The notes: generated from the letters alone by a model not told the origin. Shown: positions 37,922 to 48,542, counted from the first letter of the stretch. The stretch: 64,000 nucleotides of DNA from Chlamydiales bacterium (GCA_024233435.1 JACKPQ010000002.1:286-64285), one strand, 5' to 3'. Numbers and translations are program-made.

Positions 37922-38803
37922 TCATAGGCGCATGTTCGTATTTTGAGGTTTCTCATTTCGCATAAGAACGCGGCAAAAAATGTGATTTCCTAAACTCATC
38001 CAAAGCCCTAAAAGAAAATAACGCAGAAACGTAAAGGCTGGAAAGAGCCATATGCATATTTTGTAACATATGACTATCATCAAAACACCCATCAACCCTC
38101 TTAAGAGAGCCATTTTGAAGCTAATGGAAAACTCAGGGAAAAATCGAAAGATATGACTTAAAAACAAGCCCATACCCATACCCATTGCTACACTGAATAT
38201 GCGCACCATTGGTGGCGCATTGAATAAAAACAGTAAACCAAGAGGGATGAGTTGACTGAATAAGAAAGCATAAATTGGTCGAATACCCCTTAATGAGGCT
38301 TCAATTTTTGGAAAAATAGAAATATAAATGAACAACAGGAAAAGCCCAACAATCCAGCCTCCAAGGATATCACTTGGAAAGTGCAGCCCAAGATAAATGC
38401 GTGAAAACGAAACAAAAAGGACATAGGGGATAACAACCAACCACTTCCAAGAATTTTGCCACTGCTTTATCAAAAGCCCCGAGAGCAGGATAACAGTTTG
38501 CGCAGCCCCACTTGGAAAGCCTAACCCATGGACATGAATAATTCCCAGCGCTGGGTCTAAATGGAATGGACGAGGAGACGCAAACAAGCCTTTTAAGAAG
38601 TGATTCATAAGAGCACTTAGAAAAAGAATAGAGAACAGCTTGAAGCCTGGTTTCCACCCAATACCCATCCATACTATAGGAATAAGCACGAAGAAAAACT
38701 CTTGGCGATCGAAAAAATCTAAAGATTGAAAAAATAGATCGAGGACGGGATCTCTTAACTGATGAATGAGCCTAACCCATCCAAGTTCAAACAAGTGAAT
38801 CAT
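37922..38803 (-). CDS. PAP2-superfamily membrane phosphatase
   Basis: 293 aa, polytopic. The PAP2 motifs are KGLFASPRP, FPSGAAQ and SRIYLGLHFPSDILGG. Confidence 0.8.
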   Translation of the reverse strand: MIHLFELGWVRLIHQLRDPVLDLFFQSLDFFDRQEFFFVLIPIVWMGIGWKPGFKLFSILFLSALMNHFLKGLFASPRPFHLDPALGIIHVHGLGFPSGAAQTVILLSGLLIKQWQNSWKWLVVIPYVLFVSFSRIYLGLHFPSDILGGWIVGLFLLFIYISIFPKIEASLRGIRPIYAFLFSQLIPLGLLFLFNAPPMVRIFSVAMGMGMGLFLSHIFRFFPEFSISFKMALLRGLMGVLMIVICYKICIWLFPAFTFLRYFLLGLWMSLGNHIFCRVLMRNEKPQNTNMRL

Positions 38804-38851
38804 TACTTACTCAACAAAGCCCAATAGCATAAGTTGTGGGATCGGTATACA

Positions 38852-39655
38852 TCATACTGAATGTATTCCCTTAGCTGGCATATCCATCACACCTTGAAAT
38901 ACCGTAACAGCACTGCCTGTGATTAAAACACGATCTTTTAATATCTCCAAATCCAATGTACCTCCCCTTGCGGATATCTGACGCGCTCTTAGCTTTTGTT
39001 TATTTAGCCTCATAGACCAGTAAGGCGCTAGACACGTATTTGCAGATCCTGTTACGGGGTCTTCCGGCACATCAAGCTTCGGAAAAAAAGCTCGGTATAT
39101 ATAGTCAAATTCGCCTGATTGATCTTGTGCAGTCAACAGAAACCCTCGCTCGGGGAGCTGGCAAATTTTTTGATAGTTAGGAGAAAATGTGCGGACAATT
39201 TCGTCATTTAAGACAACAGCCATACAATCCTCACCATTTGAACCTATGAACTCAGGTTCCAATCCCAAAATCTGCATTACTAGATCTGAATCTCTTTGCT
39301 CGGTCGGAGGCTGCAAAGGAAAATCCAAGGTATACCCAATCCCACTTCTTGTGACCCTTAGAGAACCGCTTCGGCTCTTAAAGATAATTTCGCTATTCTC
39401 AACCAATCCCTCCTGCCAGAGAATGTGAGCTGCCGATAAAGTAGCATGTCCACACAAATTCACCTCTGCATTCGGAGTAAACCAACGTATTTGCAGATCT
39501 TCCCCCTTGATGACAAATGCAGTCTCCGAAAGATTCATCTCCCTTGCAATTTTCATCATGAGATCGACGGAAGGCTCTCGGTCAAAAATAAACACTGCCG
39601 CAGGATTCCCTTCAAAAATTTTATCTGCGAAGGCATCAACTTGCCAGAAATTCAT
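38852..39655 (-). CDS. PhzF-family isomerase
   Basis: 267 aa. MNFWQVDAFADKIFEGNPAAVFIF...MNLSETAFV...RWFTPNAEVNLCGHATL is typical of PhzF/YddE. Confidence 0.85.
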   Translation of the reverse strand: MNFWQVDAFADKIFEGNPAAVFIFDREPSVDLMMKIAREMNLSETAFVIKGEDLQIRWFTPNAEVNLCGHATLSAAHILWQEGLVENSEIIFKSRSGSLRVTRSGIGYTLDFPLQPPTEQRDSDLVMQILGLEPEFIGSNGEDCMAVVLNDEIVRTFSPNYQKICQLPERGFLLTAQDQSGEFDYIYRAFFPKLDVPEDPVTGSANTCLAPYWSMRLNKQKLRARQISARGGTLDLEILKDRVLITGSAVTVFQGVMDMPAKGIHSV

Positions 39656-39933
39656 TGCTTTCCCCCTTGGCCCATAACTTCAAATTACGGCTAAATTCTA
39701 CTGTCCGCCGTTCCCTTTTAAGCATTTTACTCATTCTCGACTAAAATCATATAAATATTCCCCATCCCGTTGAGCTCAATATTTTTCATATTCTTTCTCG
39801 GCGTTGGCAAGGATCATAAATTATTGCATCAAGGTTGTAAATTCCAAACAAAATTCCAGCTTAACTACCGTGGGTTCTCATCCCAGTCTTACCTATACAA
39901 AGCTTGTATTGTTAGATTTTATTCAACTTAATT

Positions 39934-40020
39934 CGGAGGAGGTGGGATTCGAACCCACGATACGCGTTAACGTATACACGACTTCCAATCGTGCTCCTTC
40001 GGCCGCTCAGACACTCCTCC
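39934..40020 (-). tRNA. tRNA-Ser (anticodon GGA)
   Basis: The reverse complement GGAGGAGTGTCTGAGCGGCCGAAGGAGCACGATTGGAAGTCGTGTATACGTTAACGCGTATCGTGGGTTCGAATCCCACCTCCTCCG folds as a class II cloverleaf. It has a 7-bp acceptor stem, anticodon stem CACGA/TCGTG with loop TTGGAAG, a long variable arm, and a T-arm GTGGG-TTCGAAT-CCCAC. CCA is not encoded. Confidence 0.95.
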
Positions 40021-40222
40021 AGAATAAAGCATTATACAGCAAACCCCTCCAAAAGAACAACTCCAAAACTAGGTTTATGGCTTTGATTTTTCCCAGATCG
40101 CCTTTTAGACATAAAAATGATTATGTGGAAAACAACAAAAAGATGCGCTATCTCAACTCACGCTTGATTCAAAACTTACCCTTCTACTAGAATGGAGTCG
40201 CGAAAAACCAAAAGAGGTCGCC

Positions 40223-41131
40223 ATGAAGCCAATCATAAAAGCTATAAGCTTAATTTTAGCAACTTTAGTATTGCCGCTCTATTCACAGGTGGAACTTTCC
40301 GAAACATCTCTGACAGCTGAAAGTGTAGTTGCGCCAACCAAAGATAAAACACCTAAGAACTTTACAAGCGAGTTTCTATACCTCACATCCCAACAAGAAA
40401 AATATGAATCTGCGAAACATAAATATAACCCCGCTTATCGGGCAGGCTTTGACCTTCCAATAGCAAGAACTTGGGATTTCGGAATGCAGGTGGCATATAG
40501 TCGTTTTGAATGGGAAAAGCACACTGTACAAGATGTTGCTGCACCCCCTCTGCCGTTTAACATCAATACGACCATTTTTAATGGTGTCGACACATCGAAT
40601 GTGACCTTTCCCCAAACGCATCCTATGACGACAGCTTTTATGAATGACTGTACGTTTTTTGATGTCACTTTCCTCTTTGGCAAAACCTATCAATGGACAA
40701 ATTTTAGCTTAAAGCCTTTACTTGGATTTGAAACGAACTTAGTTAATACAAAACATGCCTATAGGGTAGAAACCGTCGGTGGCTATAACTGGGGCGTCAA
40801 AAACGGAAATCTCTATGTAGACCCGGTAAATGACTCATCAGCAGAGTCTTCTGAAAAATCAAAAATTTACATAGCTCCTGTTGCAGGAATAAACTTAAAG
40901 CAAGACCTGTATAAGGCTGTTGCAATCTCAGCACAAGCTCTCGTGGATGCATTGGCTCAAACACGTGCAAACATCGCTTTAAGCGCAAACTTTAAAACCA
41001 AGTCTAACATGGGCTTTACTATTGGCGCTGGCTATGAATTTCAAACTCGATATGAGGGAGTTCCTTTACGTTCTTTCAGTAACCCACTGATCGTGCAAGG
41101 CCTCTCTGCAACAGCTGGAATAAATTTCTAG
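40223..41131 (+). CDS. outer-membrane beta-barrel protein
   Basis: 302 aa with a signal peptide, alternating hydrophobic beta-strand pattern, aromatic girdle residues, and a C-terminal ...SATAGINF ending in Phe. Confidence 0.55.
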   Translation: MKPIIKAISLILATLVLPLYSQVELSETSLTAESVVAPTKDKTPKNFTSEFLYLTSQQEKYESAKHKYNPAYRAGFDLPIARTWDFGMQVAYSRFEWEKHTVQDVAAPPLPFNINTTIFNGVDTSNVTFPQTHPMTTAFMNDCTFFDVTFLFGKTYQWTNFSLKPLLGFETNLVNTKHAYRVETVGGYNWGVKNGNLYVDPVNDSSAESSEKSKIYIAPVAGINLKQDLYKAVAISAQALVDALAQTRANIALSANFKTKSNMGFTIGAGYEFQTRYEGVPLRSFSNPLIVQGLSATAGINF

Positions 41132-41142
41132 TCAAACTTTAA

Positions 41143-41160
41143 AGCCCCTGAAAAGGGGCT
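41143..41160 (+). terminator. GC-rich hairpin after the OMP gene (possible terminator, no T-tract)
   Basis: AGCCCCT-GAAA-AGGGGCT lies 12 nt after the stop. It is followed by AATACC rather than a U-run. Confidence 0.35.
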
Positions 41161-41214
41161 AATACCAAGGCGAAGATTGCGCATTTATGGACTATTAGTT
41201 AGAATGAAGACGAT

Positions 41215-42042
41215 ATGATGCGTATATTCTTCTTTTTAATCGCCCCTTTCCTTCTCATCCTTGGATGCTCATCCCCTACAGAGCGCAGCGGCAAGCCGTT
41301 GGTTGTTGTATCGATTCCGCCTTATATCAACCTTATTGAGGAACTTGGCGATGGTGTTATCGAAGTTGATTCTGTTCTTTCATCTACTGATGATCCTCAC
41401 ACGTTTGAACCTAAGCCCAGACAAATGGACAGCTTTCAAAATGCTCGCCTTTTTATTGGAATTGGAGAGCCATTTGAAGCAGGAATCATCCAAGCGCTAA
41501 GACGTACATCTCCCAATCTACAAGTGCTAAATTTAACCCAAATCACACCACCTTCAGGAGGCGACCGCCACCTTTGGATGAGTCCTGTTCTCGTTGAAAC
41601 ACAAGTAGCAGCTATTGCCACATCCATTAAGACAATCGTATCGGGAGATGATCAAGGGAAAATAGATACAAACCTAGCCGAGCTGCAATCAGAATTGCAA
41701 AGCCTTGATCAAGCAATTCAAAAGCAACTCAGGCCGTTTACTAGCCAAGCAATACTCGTTTCCCATCCTTCATTTGGCTACTTCTGCGATCAATATAACC
41801 TCGTTCAAATCCCTGTTGAATCAGAGGGCAAAGACCCTCTTCCAAGACAGTTAGAAGCTATTTTACAGCTCAAGCAATCCAAAATATTTCGCTGCGCATT
41901 TGTAGTGCCCCAGGGCGCTGGCAAAGGAACGCGCCAAATCGCAAAACGCCTCGAAATCCCCGTTTACGATTTTAATCCTTTAGCTGAGGATTATTTTAGC
42001 AATATGAAAAAACTCTCAGACTTGATTGCGCAAGGGTCATGA
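41215..42042 (+). CDS. metal ABC transporter substrate-binding lipoprotein (ZnuA/TroA/YtgA family)
   Basis: 275 aa with lipobox LILGC. The family pattern is DPHTFEPKPRQ and DRHLWMSP. Confidence 0.8.
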   Translation: MMRIFFFLIAPFLLILGCSSPTERSGKPLVVVSIPPYINLIEELGDGVIEVDSVLSSTDDPHTFEPKPRQMDSFQNARLFIGIGEPFEAGIIQALRRTSPNLQVLNLTQITPPSGGDRHLWMSPVLVETQVAAIATSIKTIVSGDDQGKIDTNLAELQSELQSLDQAIQKQLRPFTSQAILVSHPSFGYFCDQYNLVQIPVESEGKDPLPRQLEAILQLKQSKIFRCAFVVPQGAGKGTRQIAKRLEIPVYDFNPLAEDYFSNMKKLSDLIAQGS

Positions 42043-42710
42043 TTGAATTAGAAGATGTCAGCTTTGGCTACGACCAGACAATGGCTCTAAAAAATGTCTC
42101 CATCAAAATTCAACCGAATGAATATGTCGGAATCATCGGGCCCAATGGCGGAGGAAAAACCACTCTCCTAAAGCTCATTCTTGGCTTTCTCAAGCCACAA
42201 ACAGGGAAAATCACGGTCAATTCCAGCCTTAAGATTGGTTATGTCCCCCAACTGCACGGCTTCGATAAATCGTTTCCTTTAAGCGTGCTAGAACTTGTCG
42301 GCCTAGGCGATGTGCGCTCTAAAGATTGGAAACAAAAGGCTCTTTGCGCCTTGGAGAAAGTCAATCTCTTGGATTTTGCTCACCGCCCCTTTTCTTCTCT
42401 TTCTGGTGGGCAATTCCAACGCGCGCTCATTGCGCGAGCTCTTATGATAGAGCCCTCTGTTTTGATATTAGACGAGCCTACGGCTAATCTCGACGTTGAA
42501 GCACAAGAAGATGTTCATGCTTTGCTGCGTTCACTAAAAAAACAAATCACAATCATCATGGTTTCGCATGATCTACAAACCATTGTGAACGAAGTAGACC
42601 GAGTTTTGTGCGTTCAAGGCAAAGTCACCTCCTCGCTACCAAGTGAACTATGCAAGCATTTCGCCGTCGGCCTTTATCACAAGCCCCTGCTCGAAAAGGA
42701 GCAAAAATGA
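42039..42710 (+). CDS. metal ABC transporter ATP-binding protein
   Basis: Walker A GPNGGGKTT, signature LSGGQFQR, Walker B LILDEPTANLD. There is a 4-nt overlap with the upstream gene. Confidence 0.85.
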   Translation: MIELEDVSFGYDQTMALKNVSIKIQPNEYVGIIGPNGGGKTTLLKLILGFLKPQTGKITVNSSLKIGYVPQLHGFDKSFPLSVLELVGLGDVRSKDWKQKALCALEKVNLLDFAHRPFSSLSGGQFQRALIARALMIEPSVLILDEPTANLDVEAQEDVHALLRSLKKQITIIMVSHDLQTIVNEVDRVLCVQGKVTSSLPSELCKHFAVGLYHKPLLEKEQK

Positions 42711-43537
42711 ATCCTGTTACAGCTCTTTTTTCCAATCCGTTTTTGCAAATGGCACTTTTCTCTGGCGTGCTCGCCTCAATTGCTGGAGGTATTGTTGGAT
42801 CTTACGTTGTCATTAAAAGAATTGTTTTCATCAGCGGCAGCATTGCCCATTCTGTACTTGGAGGCATGGGCCTTGCCTTATTTCTTCAATACAAATTCAA
42901 CCTACCTTGGCTCTCCCCCATCTACGGCGCCTTTGTGTTTGCCATCCTATCGGCTTTGCTCATTGGTTGGATCCACCTGAGATTTAAAGAGCGAGAAGAC
43001 ACTGTAATTGCAGCTCTTTGGGCATCAGGCATGGCACTTGGAGTACTTTTGATTTCTCTAACGCCGGGGAGCAATCCCGACCTACTCAATTTTTTATTTG
43101 GCAATATTCTATGGACTAGCCACGCAGATGTCCTTCTTCTTATTGCAGCTGATGTTATCATCGTCATCTCAGTTCTAGCTTTTCATCGAAAACTTCTGCT
43201 CGTTTGCTTTGATGAAGATCAAGCAAAACTTCAAAAAATTCCAACACAGCGCCTATATCTTTACCTCCTATGCCTCGTGGCCCTCACCACTGTTTTGCTC
43301 ATCCAAGTCGTTGGAGCCGTCCTTGTCATCGCCATGCTCTCTCTTCCTGCTGCCATTGCTAACCGCCTCACATACAACCTTCCTCGCCTGATGATTACCG
43401 CTTGCATCCTCGGCATTGTATTCACCGCAATCGGACTGATCGCCTCCTATGCTTATAACTGGCCACCAGGGGCAACCATCGCTCTAACTGCTACACTTGC
43501 CTACCTTGCCAGTCTATCAATAAAAAATTCTAAATAA
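42707..43537 (+). CDS. metal ABC transporter permease (ZnuB/TroC family)
   Basis: The true start is probably ATG 42707 (MNPVTALFSNPFLQMALFSG), overlapping the ATPase stop (ATGA). It is polytopic, with the typical ABC-3 family layout. Confidence 0.8.
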   Translation: MNPVTALFSNPFLQMALFSGVLASIAGGIVGSYVVIKRIVFISGSIAHSVLGGMGLALFLQYKFNLPWLSPIYGAFVFAILSALLIGWIHLRFKEREDTVIAALWASGMALGVLLISLTPGSNPDLLNFLFGNILWTSHADVLLLIAADVIIVISVLAFHRKLLLVCFDEDQAKLQKIPTQRLYLYLLCLVALTTVLLIQVVGAVLVIAMLSLPAAIANRLTYNLPRLMITACILGIVFTAIGLIASYAYNWPPGATIALTATLAYLASLSIKNSK

Positions 43538-43543
43538 GATCTA

Positions 43544-43580
43544 TTGACAAGACAGCAAAGATCTTGTATCCTTGCTGTCT
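43544..43580 (+). promoter_or_regulatory. possible rplU-rpmA-obg promoter overlapping a hairpin
   Basis: TTGACA (43544-43549), 17 nt, TATCCT (43567-43572). The same DNA forms the hairpin AGACAGCAA-N-TTGCTGTCT (43550-43580), which could instead terminate the metal transporter operon. Confidence 0.3.
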
Positions 43581-43598
43581 AAACGAAGGAGTTTTCCA

Positions 43599-43919
43599 AT
43601 GTACGCTATTATCGAGACAGGTGGTAAGCAGGTACGTGTATCAGAGGGCGATGTCATCGACGTCGAGCTTACTGACGTTACTGACAACACCGTTAATTTT
43701 GACCAAGTTCTATTTATTAATGACGGAAAAGGCATTAAAGTTGGCACACCACACCTTAACGGGGCCTGTGTACAAGCTGAGTTCGTTGGAGAAGTAAAAG
43801 GTCCTAAGGTCATTAACTTTAAATACAAAAGACGCAAAAACTATCGCCGTAAAGTTGGTCACCGTCAAAAATATTCTAGAGTGAAAATCACTAAAATCGT
43901 CAGCACGGAGAGCAAATAA
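43599..43919 (+). CDS. rplU: 50S ribosomal protein L21
   Basis: [23 protein letters not shown]... with AAGGAG 8 nt upstream of ATG 43599. Confidence 0.9.
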   Translation: MYAIIETGGKQVRVSEGDVIDVELTDVTDNTVNFDQVLFINDGKGIKVGTPHLNGACVQAEFVGEVKGPKVINFKYKRRKNYRRKVGHRQKYSRVKITKIVSTESK

Positions 43920-44167
43920 TGGCACATAAGAAAGGTCAAGGATCTAGCCGCAACGGACGCGATTCAGAAGCAAAACGACTAGGCGTAAAAATTACCCATG
44001 GACAAGCTGTAAAAGCTGGTGGGATCATTATCCGCCAACGTGGCACAAAGTGGCACCCAGCTGCAAATGTTGGCCGCGGCAGCGATGATACGCTATTTGC
44101 ACTATGTGATGGCATTGTGAGCTACAAGAGCACAAAGCGCACCTGCGTTTCTGTTGTTCCTGCATAA
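43919..44167 (+). CDS. rpmA: 50S ribosomal protein L27
   Basis: [24 protein letters not shown]...[19 protein letters not shown]. The start overlaps the rplU stop (TAATG). Confidence 0.95.
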   Translation: MAHKKGQGSSRNGRDSEAKRLGVKITHGQAVKAGGIIIRQRGTKWHPAANVGRGSDDTLFALCDGIVSYKSTKRTCVSVVPA

Positions 44168-44178
44168 GACAACCGTAA

Positions 44179-45198
<1,020 letters not shown>

Positions 45199-45233
45199 CA
45201 CAAAACCTTAGCGCGACTATCGTATAAGCTAAA

Positions 45234-46838
45234 ATGGCACCAAGGATGTGTATGAATGTTGTTTTGCAGCTTTTATTTTTTAGCGTATTTGCCGTTGCTT
45301 CACTTTTTGGCGCAGTGGATTTTACATCACAATCTGTGATCGATAAGCGCGCCGTAGATTCAAAGAACGCCTATGAGTATTCCAAACAATGTGCAGCTTT
45401 CTACAAAATCGAAGAAGGCAAAACTTATCGAGACATCACCCAGCAATTGCTTGATAGTCCTCTCACAAATGATTTTATAAAAAGCACAATCCGACAGCAG
45501 CATCGACGTATTGTCGTCTTCAAATACCCATCTGATGGTCTGTATGTCAAAGGATATGTTTCCTATGTACCCGATGGTAAAAATAACCCACTCCTTGTTT
45601 TCTTACGTGGAGGTAATCGACTATTTGGCTTAATGAACCCTGCAAATATCTTCTCTTGTACAAAAAACTACTCAGTGATCGCTACAACATACCGTGGGAG
45701 CGTTAACGGTGGTCAAGATGAATTTGGCGGAAAGGATGTCAATGATGTCAAAAACCTTGTAGATTTCATTCCACAACTAGAAAAGGATTTAAATATCACC
45801 GTTTCGCAAGCAGCAAAATATGTCCTCGGAGGTAGCCGAGGTGGCATGGAAATGCTATTAGCTTTGCAGCGGTTCCCCCATCTGCAGTCCTATTTTGAGA
45901 AAGCTGTTGCTCTTTCTGCTCCAACAGATCTCAGCGTTACAATCAGTACGCGAGAATCTATGAAGCGCATGTTTATCAACGATTTTGGACTCGTCCCAGG
46001 AAAAAATGATCAAGAATGGATTGACTATCGAAGTCCAATTAAACACTGCCAAACGTTTCAAAATGATTTTCCCCTGTTGATCATTCAAGGTTCTGCAGAC
46101 CATAGAACGCATCTTGACCATGGACATCTCATGGTGAATGAGCTAAAGCGTCTGGGGAAAAATGTAACTTACATGGAAATTCAAGGCGGCATGCATTGCC
46201 TAAAAAACCACAAAGATCGCATGAAAATCATCACAAACTGGCTAGAGAAGGGGGATATGAAATCATCTGTGGGTTATTATAATAACAACGCTACAAATTT
46301 TTACAACCGCACGATCAATGCAGACTTAAGCAATCTGTACCATAAATTCACCGCGTATTTACCTAAAGGAGCACATATCTTAGATGCAGGATGTGGTGTG
46401 GGTCGCGATGCAAAATATTTTCAAAATCAAGGCTATGTTGTAAGCGCTTTTGATGCATCTGAAGAAATGGTCCGATTAGCCTCTCAAGAGTTAAACACAA
46501 ATGTGAGTTTGTGTTGTTTTCAGGAAATGGACTTTACAAACCAGTTCGATGGTATTTGGGCTTGTGCATCCCTGCTTCATGTTCCCTATACAGAATTGCG
46601 CTCTGTCATGAAGAAACTGCATACAGCCTTAAAACCTCCTGGCATTTTGTATGCTTCTTTTAAATATGGCACCACCAAAAGAGAGGCAGATGGCCGCATT
46701 TTCTACGATATGGATGAGCAATCCATCCTGCCCTACCTAGAAGGTTTGTTTGAACCCATTAAAGTTGAACAAAGCTATGACCCTAAATCTGCAAGCCCAG
46801 ACAAACTGTGGCTTAATGTCCTTTGTAAAGCAAAATGA
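45234..46838 (+). CDS. fusion protein: signal peptide, alpha/beta hydrolase (S9-like) and class I SAM-dependent methyltransferase
   Basis: 534 aa. The N-terminal segment VVLQLLFFSVFAVASLFGA is hydrophobic. The hydrolase part has nucleophile elbow LGGSRGG, then QGSADHRT and GGMHCL. The C-terminal 190 aa carries SAM motif I ILDAGCGVGRD, then FDAS and ILYASF. Confidence 0.7.
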   Translation: MAPRMCMNVVLQLLFFSVFAVASLFGAVDFTSQSVIDKRAVDSKNAYEYSKQCAAFYKIEEGKTYRDITQQLLDSPLTNDFIKSTIRQQHRRIVVFKYPSDGLYVKGYVSYVPDGKNNPLLVFLRGGNRLFGLMNPANIFSCTKNYSVIATTYRGSVNGGQDEFGGKDVNDVKNLVDFIPQLEKDLNITVSQAAKYVLGGSRGGMEMLLALQRFPHLQSYFEKAVALSAPTDLSVTISTRESMKRMFINDFGLVPGKNDQEWIDYRSPIKHCQTFQNDFPLLIIQGSADHRTHLDHGHLMVNELKRLGKNVTYMEIQGGMHCLKNHKDRMKIITNWLEKGDMKSSVGYYNNNATNFYNRTINADLSNLYHKFTAYLPKGAHILDAGCGVGRDAKYFQNQGYVVSAFDASEEMVRLASQELNTNVSLCCFQEMDFTNQFDGIWACASLLHVPYTELRSVMKKLHTALKPPGILYASFKYGTTKREADGRIFYDMDEQSILPYLEGLFEPIKVEQSYDPKSASPDKLWLNVLCKAK

Positions 46839-46839
46839 A

Positions 46840-46881
46840 TGGCCAGAGCCGGAATCGAACCGACGACACAAGGATTTTCAG
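46840..46881 (-). repeat. tRNA-Phe 3'-half copy (att-like direct repeat)
   Basis: 41 of 42 nt are identical to 53095-53136. The match runs from the tRNA 3' end to the anticodon loop and starts 1 nt after the stop codon of the 45234 gene. Confidence 0.85.
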
Positions 46882-47232
46882 CCTGTCCAAGAAGTTACCA
46901 ACAATCACTTTATGAGACTCCAGATTAACCATTGATCTATTGTGCAAAAGAAATGTGTTTTTTTGCAAAGCTTGGTTGTCAAATCATATTTCTTGAATTC
47001 AAACCAAGGAAATTGAAATTTTTAATTTATGAAACAATTTGCCAAAAGCTACCCTGAAGGTATTTATGAAGCAGTTGTTTCATAAATTCCCTGGGGGCAT
47101 AACAAAAAAGAAGCTTTATGAGCTTGAGGCATCATGAAATTTCTCCTTTTCCTTCTATTATGATGCTGAAATGGGTTCACATTTCTGGGAAACTTAAGAG
47201 GAACCTTCCTTAAATTACAACTATTAACTCAG

Positions 47233-47768
47233 TTATGCAATAAGAGGTGGCCCTGGAAAAGTCTTTTTCAACCGCGTAAGCACCACTTTTTTTATTCGTC
47301 CTTTCCGATGAGGTCTCCAATGAACCCGATAATGCTCTTTAAATGGCGTTAAGAAAAGTGGAGATCGCCCAATTCCGTTTTTTCCTGGATAACAGGTATC
47401 CGTTTTGCTATGAGGACGACGGGTCGAGTCGATAATTTTGAAATTTGCCGATCTTAAATAACCTAATATTAACAATATGAGGAAATTTAAGGTCGACGAA
47501 TTGCGGTGCTTCTGAAGCAGCCGAAAATTCAATTTTTGAGGTCCATTCGGTATAGTCGCCTGCTTTCAGCATCACTAAACCAAACATCATGTTCAATAAA
47601 GTATCCGATTTGAAAACGGGCTTGCTCAAAATTTAAGTCGCAACAATCTTCATTTGCAGCAGTATAATGAATACCTACGCACGAAATTCCTTGTTCACTC
47701 AGTTCAGGGACCAGATCTGCATAAGTACATAAGTCCGCTAAACCAAAATGTCGTTGCAAGTCCGTCAC
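47233..47768 (-). pseudogene. frameshifted remnant of an unidentified gene
   Basis: Three successive minus-strand ORFs (47529-47768, 47408-47629, 47233-47532) overlap in three different frames, as expected for one roughly 175-codon gene broken by two frameshifts. Confidence 0.4.
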
Positions 47769-47841
47769 CGAAGAGTTACGCAGGCCCGGCTCCGAGAATA
47801 ATCTTGTATAGAATCTGCTGTCTTGCTATACTGAGCGCTAT

Positions 47842-48390
47842 ATGAATAATGAACTTCCAAGCTTTCGCTATCATCCAGATCCATTGTCAACGGGATCAAT
47901 TGAGTCTAGTGAAGAAATTTGTGAATGTTGTGGGGAGAGCCGAGGCTATGTTCTCACCACGCACATTTACGCTACAGAAGAAATAGAGTTTATTTGCCCT
48001 TGGTGTGTTGCGGATGGATCTGCTAGTAGAAAATTTGACGGGGAGTTTGTAAGCAGCTGCAACTTCGATGGAACAAATCTTTCTGAGTCAATTATTGAAG
48101 AGGTAACTAAACGTACACCTAGCTTCGAGAGTTGGCAAGATGAAAAATGGTTCACCCATTGTTCAGATGCCTGCCAATTTCTTGGAAATCCTTCCCTAGA
48201 AGAACTCAAGGCTCTTTCTAAAGAAGAGATAGCTCAAGGCGTAGATGAGCATAGATTCTATCCCTATGTGGGAGATGACAATGCTGGAGAAGACGATATT
48301 GAGAATTATTTACCACTTGGGGACTGGTCTTTTTACAAATTTTCATGCCTGCACTGTAAAAAATTGATCTATTACATGGATGTTGATTGA
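47842..48390 (+). CDS. CbrC-family protein (UPF0167)
   Basis: 182 aa. FRYHPDPLSTGSIESSEEICECCGESRGYV...ICPWCVADGSASRKFDGEF matches my recollection of the CbrC/UPF0167 signature. Confidence 0.6.
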   Translation: MNNELPSFRYHPDPLSTGSIESSEEICECCGESRGYVLTTHIYATEEIEFICPWCVADGSASRKFDGEFVSSCNFDGTNLSESIIEEVTKRTPSFESWQDEKWFTHCSDACQFLGNPSLEELKALSKEEIAQGVDEHRFYPYVGDDNAGEDDIENYLPLGDWSFYKFSCLHCKKLIYYMDVD

Positions 48391-48495
48391 TCTCCTCTCG
48401 TATGCCTTCTTTTTTGGGGAGCAGTATAAGTTTTTTATGATTGCAGCCTCGCAGGCTACATATTCAGATTCTTTCATTTCACTATCCAAGGGCAT
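48343..48495 (-). CDS. small ORF (50 aa) with a perfect Shine-Dalgarno, possibly a truncated gene stub
   Basis: Own translation: AAGGAGG, 7 nt, then ATG: MPLDSEMKESEYVACEAAIIKNLYCSPKKKAYERRSINIHVIDQFFTVQA. The last 48 nt run antisense into the cbrC-like gene. It is below the ORF-track length cutoff. Confidence 0.25.
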   Translation of the reverse strand: MPLDSEMKESEYVACEAAIIKNLYCSPKKKAYERRSINIHVIDQFFTVQA

Positions 48496-48542
48496 CGATA
48501 AGCCTCCTTAAGATACACTTTGGCTTTGAAAGACCTGAGTTG

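Noticed and set aside
39804-40190. 128-aa plus-strand ORF
   Set aside because: It runs antisense straight through tRNA-Ser (39934-40020) and through AT-rich spacer, with no RBS. It is spurious.
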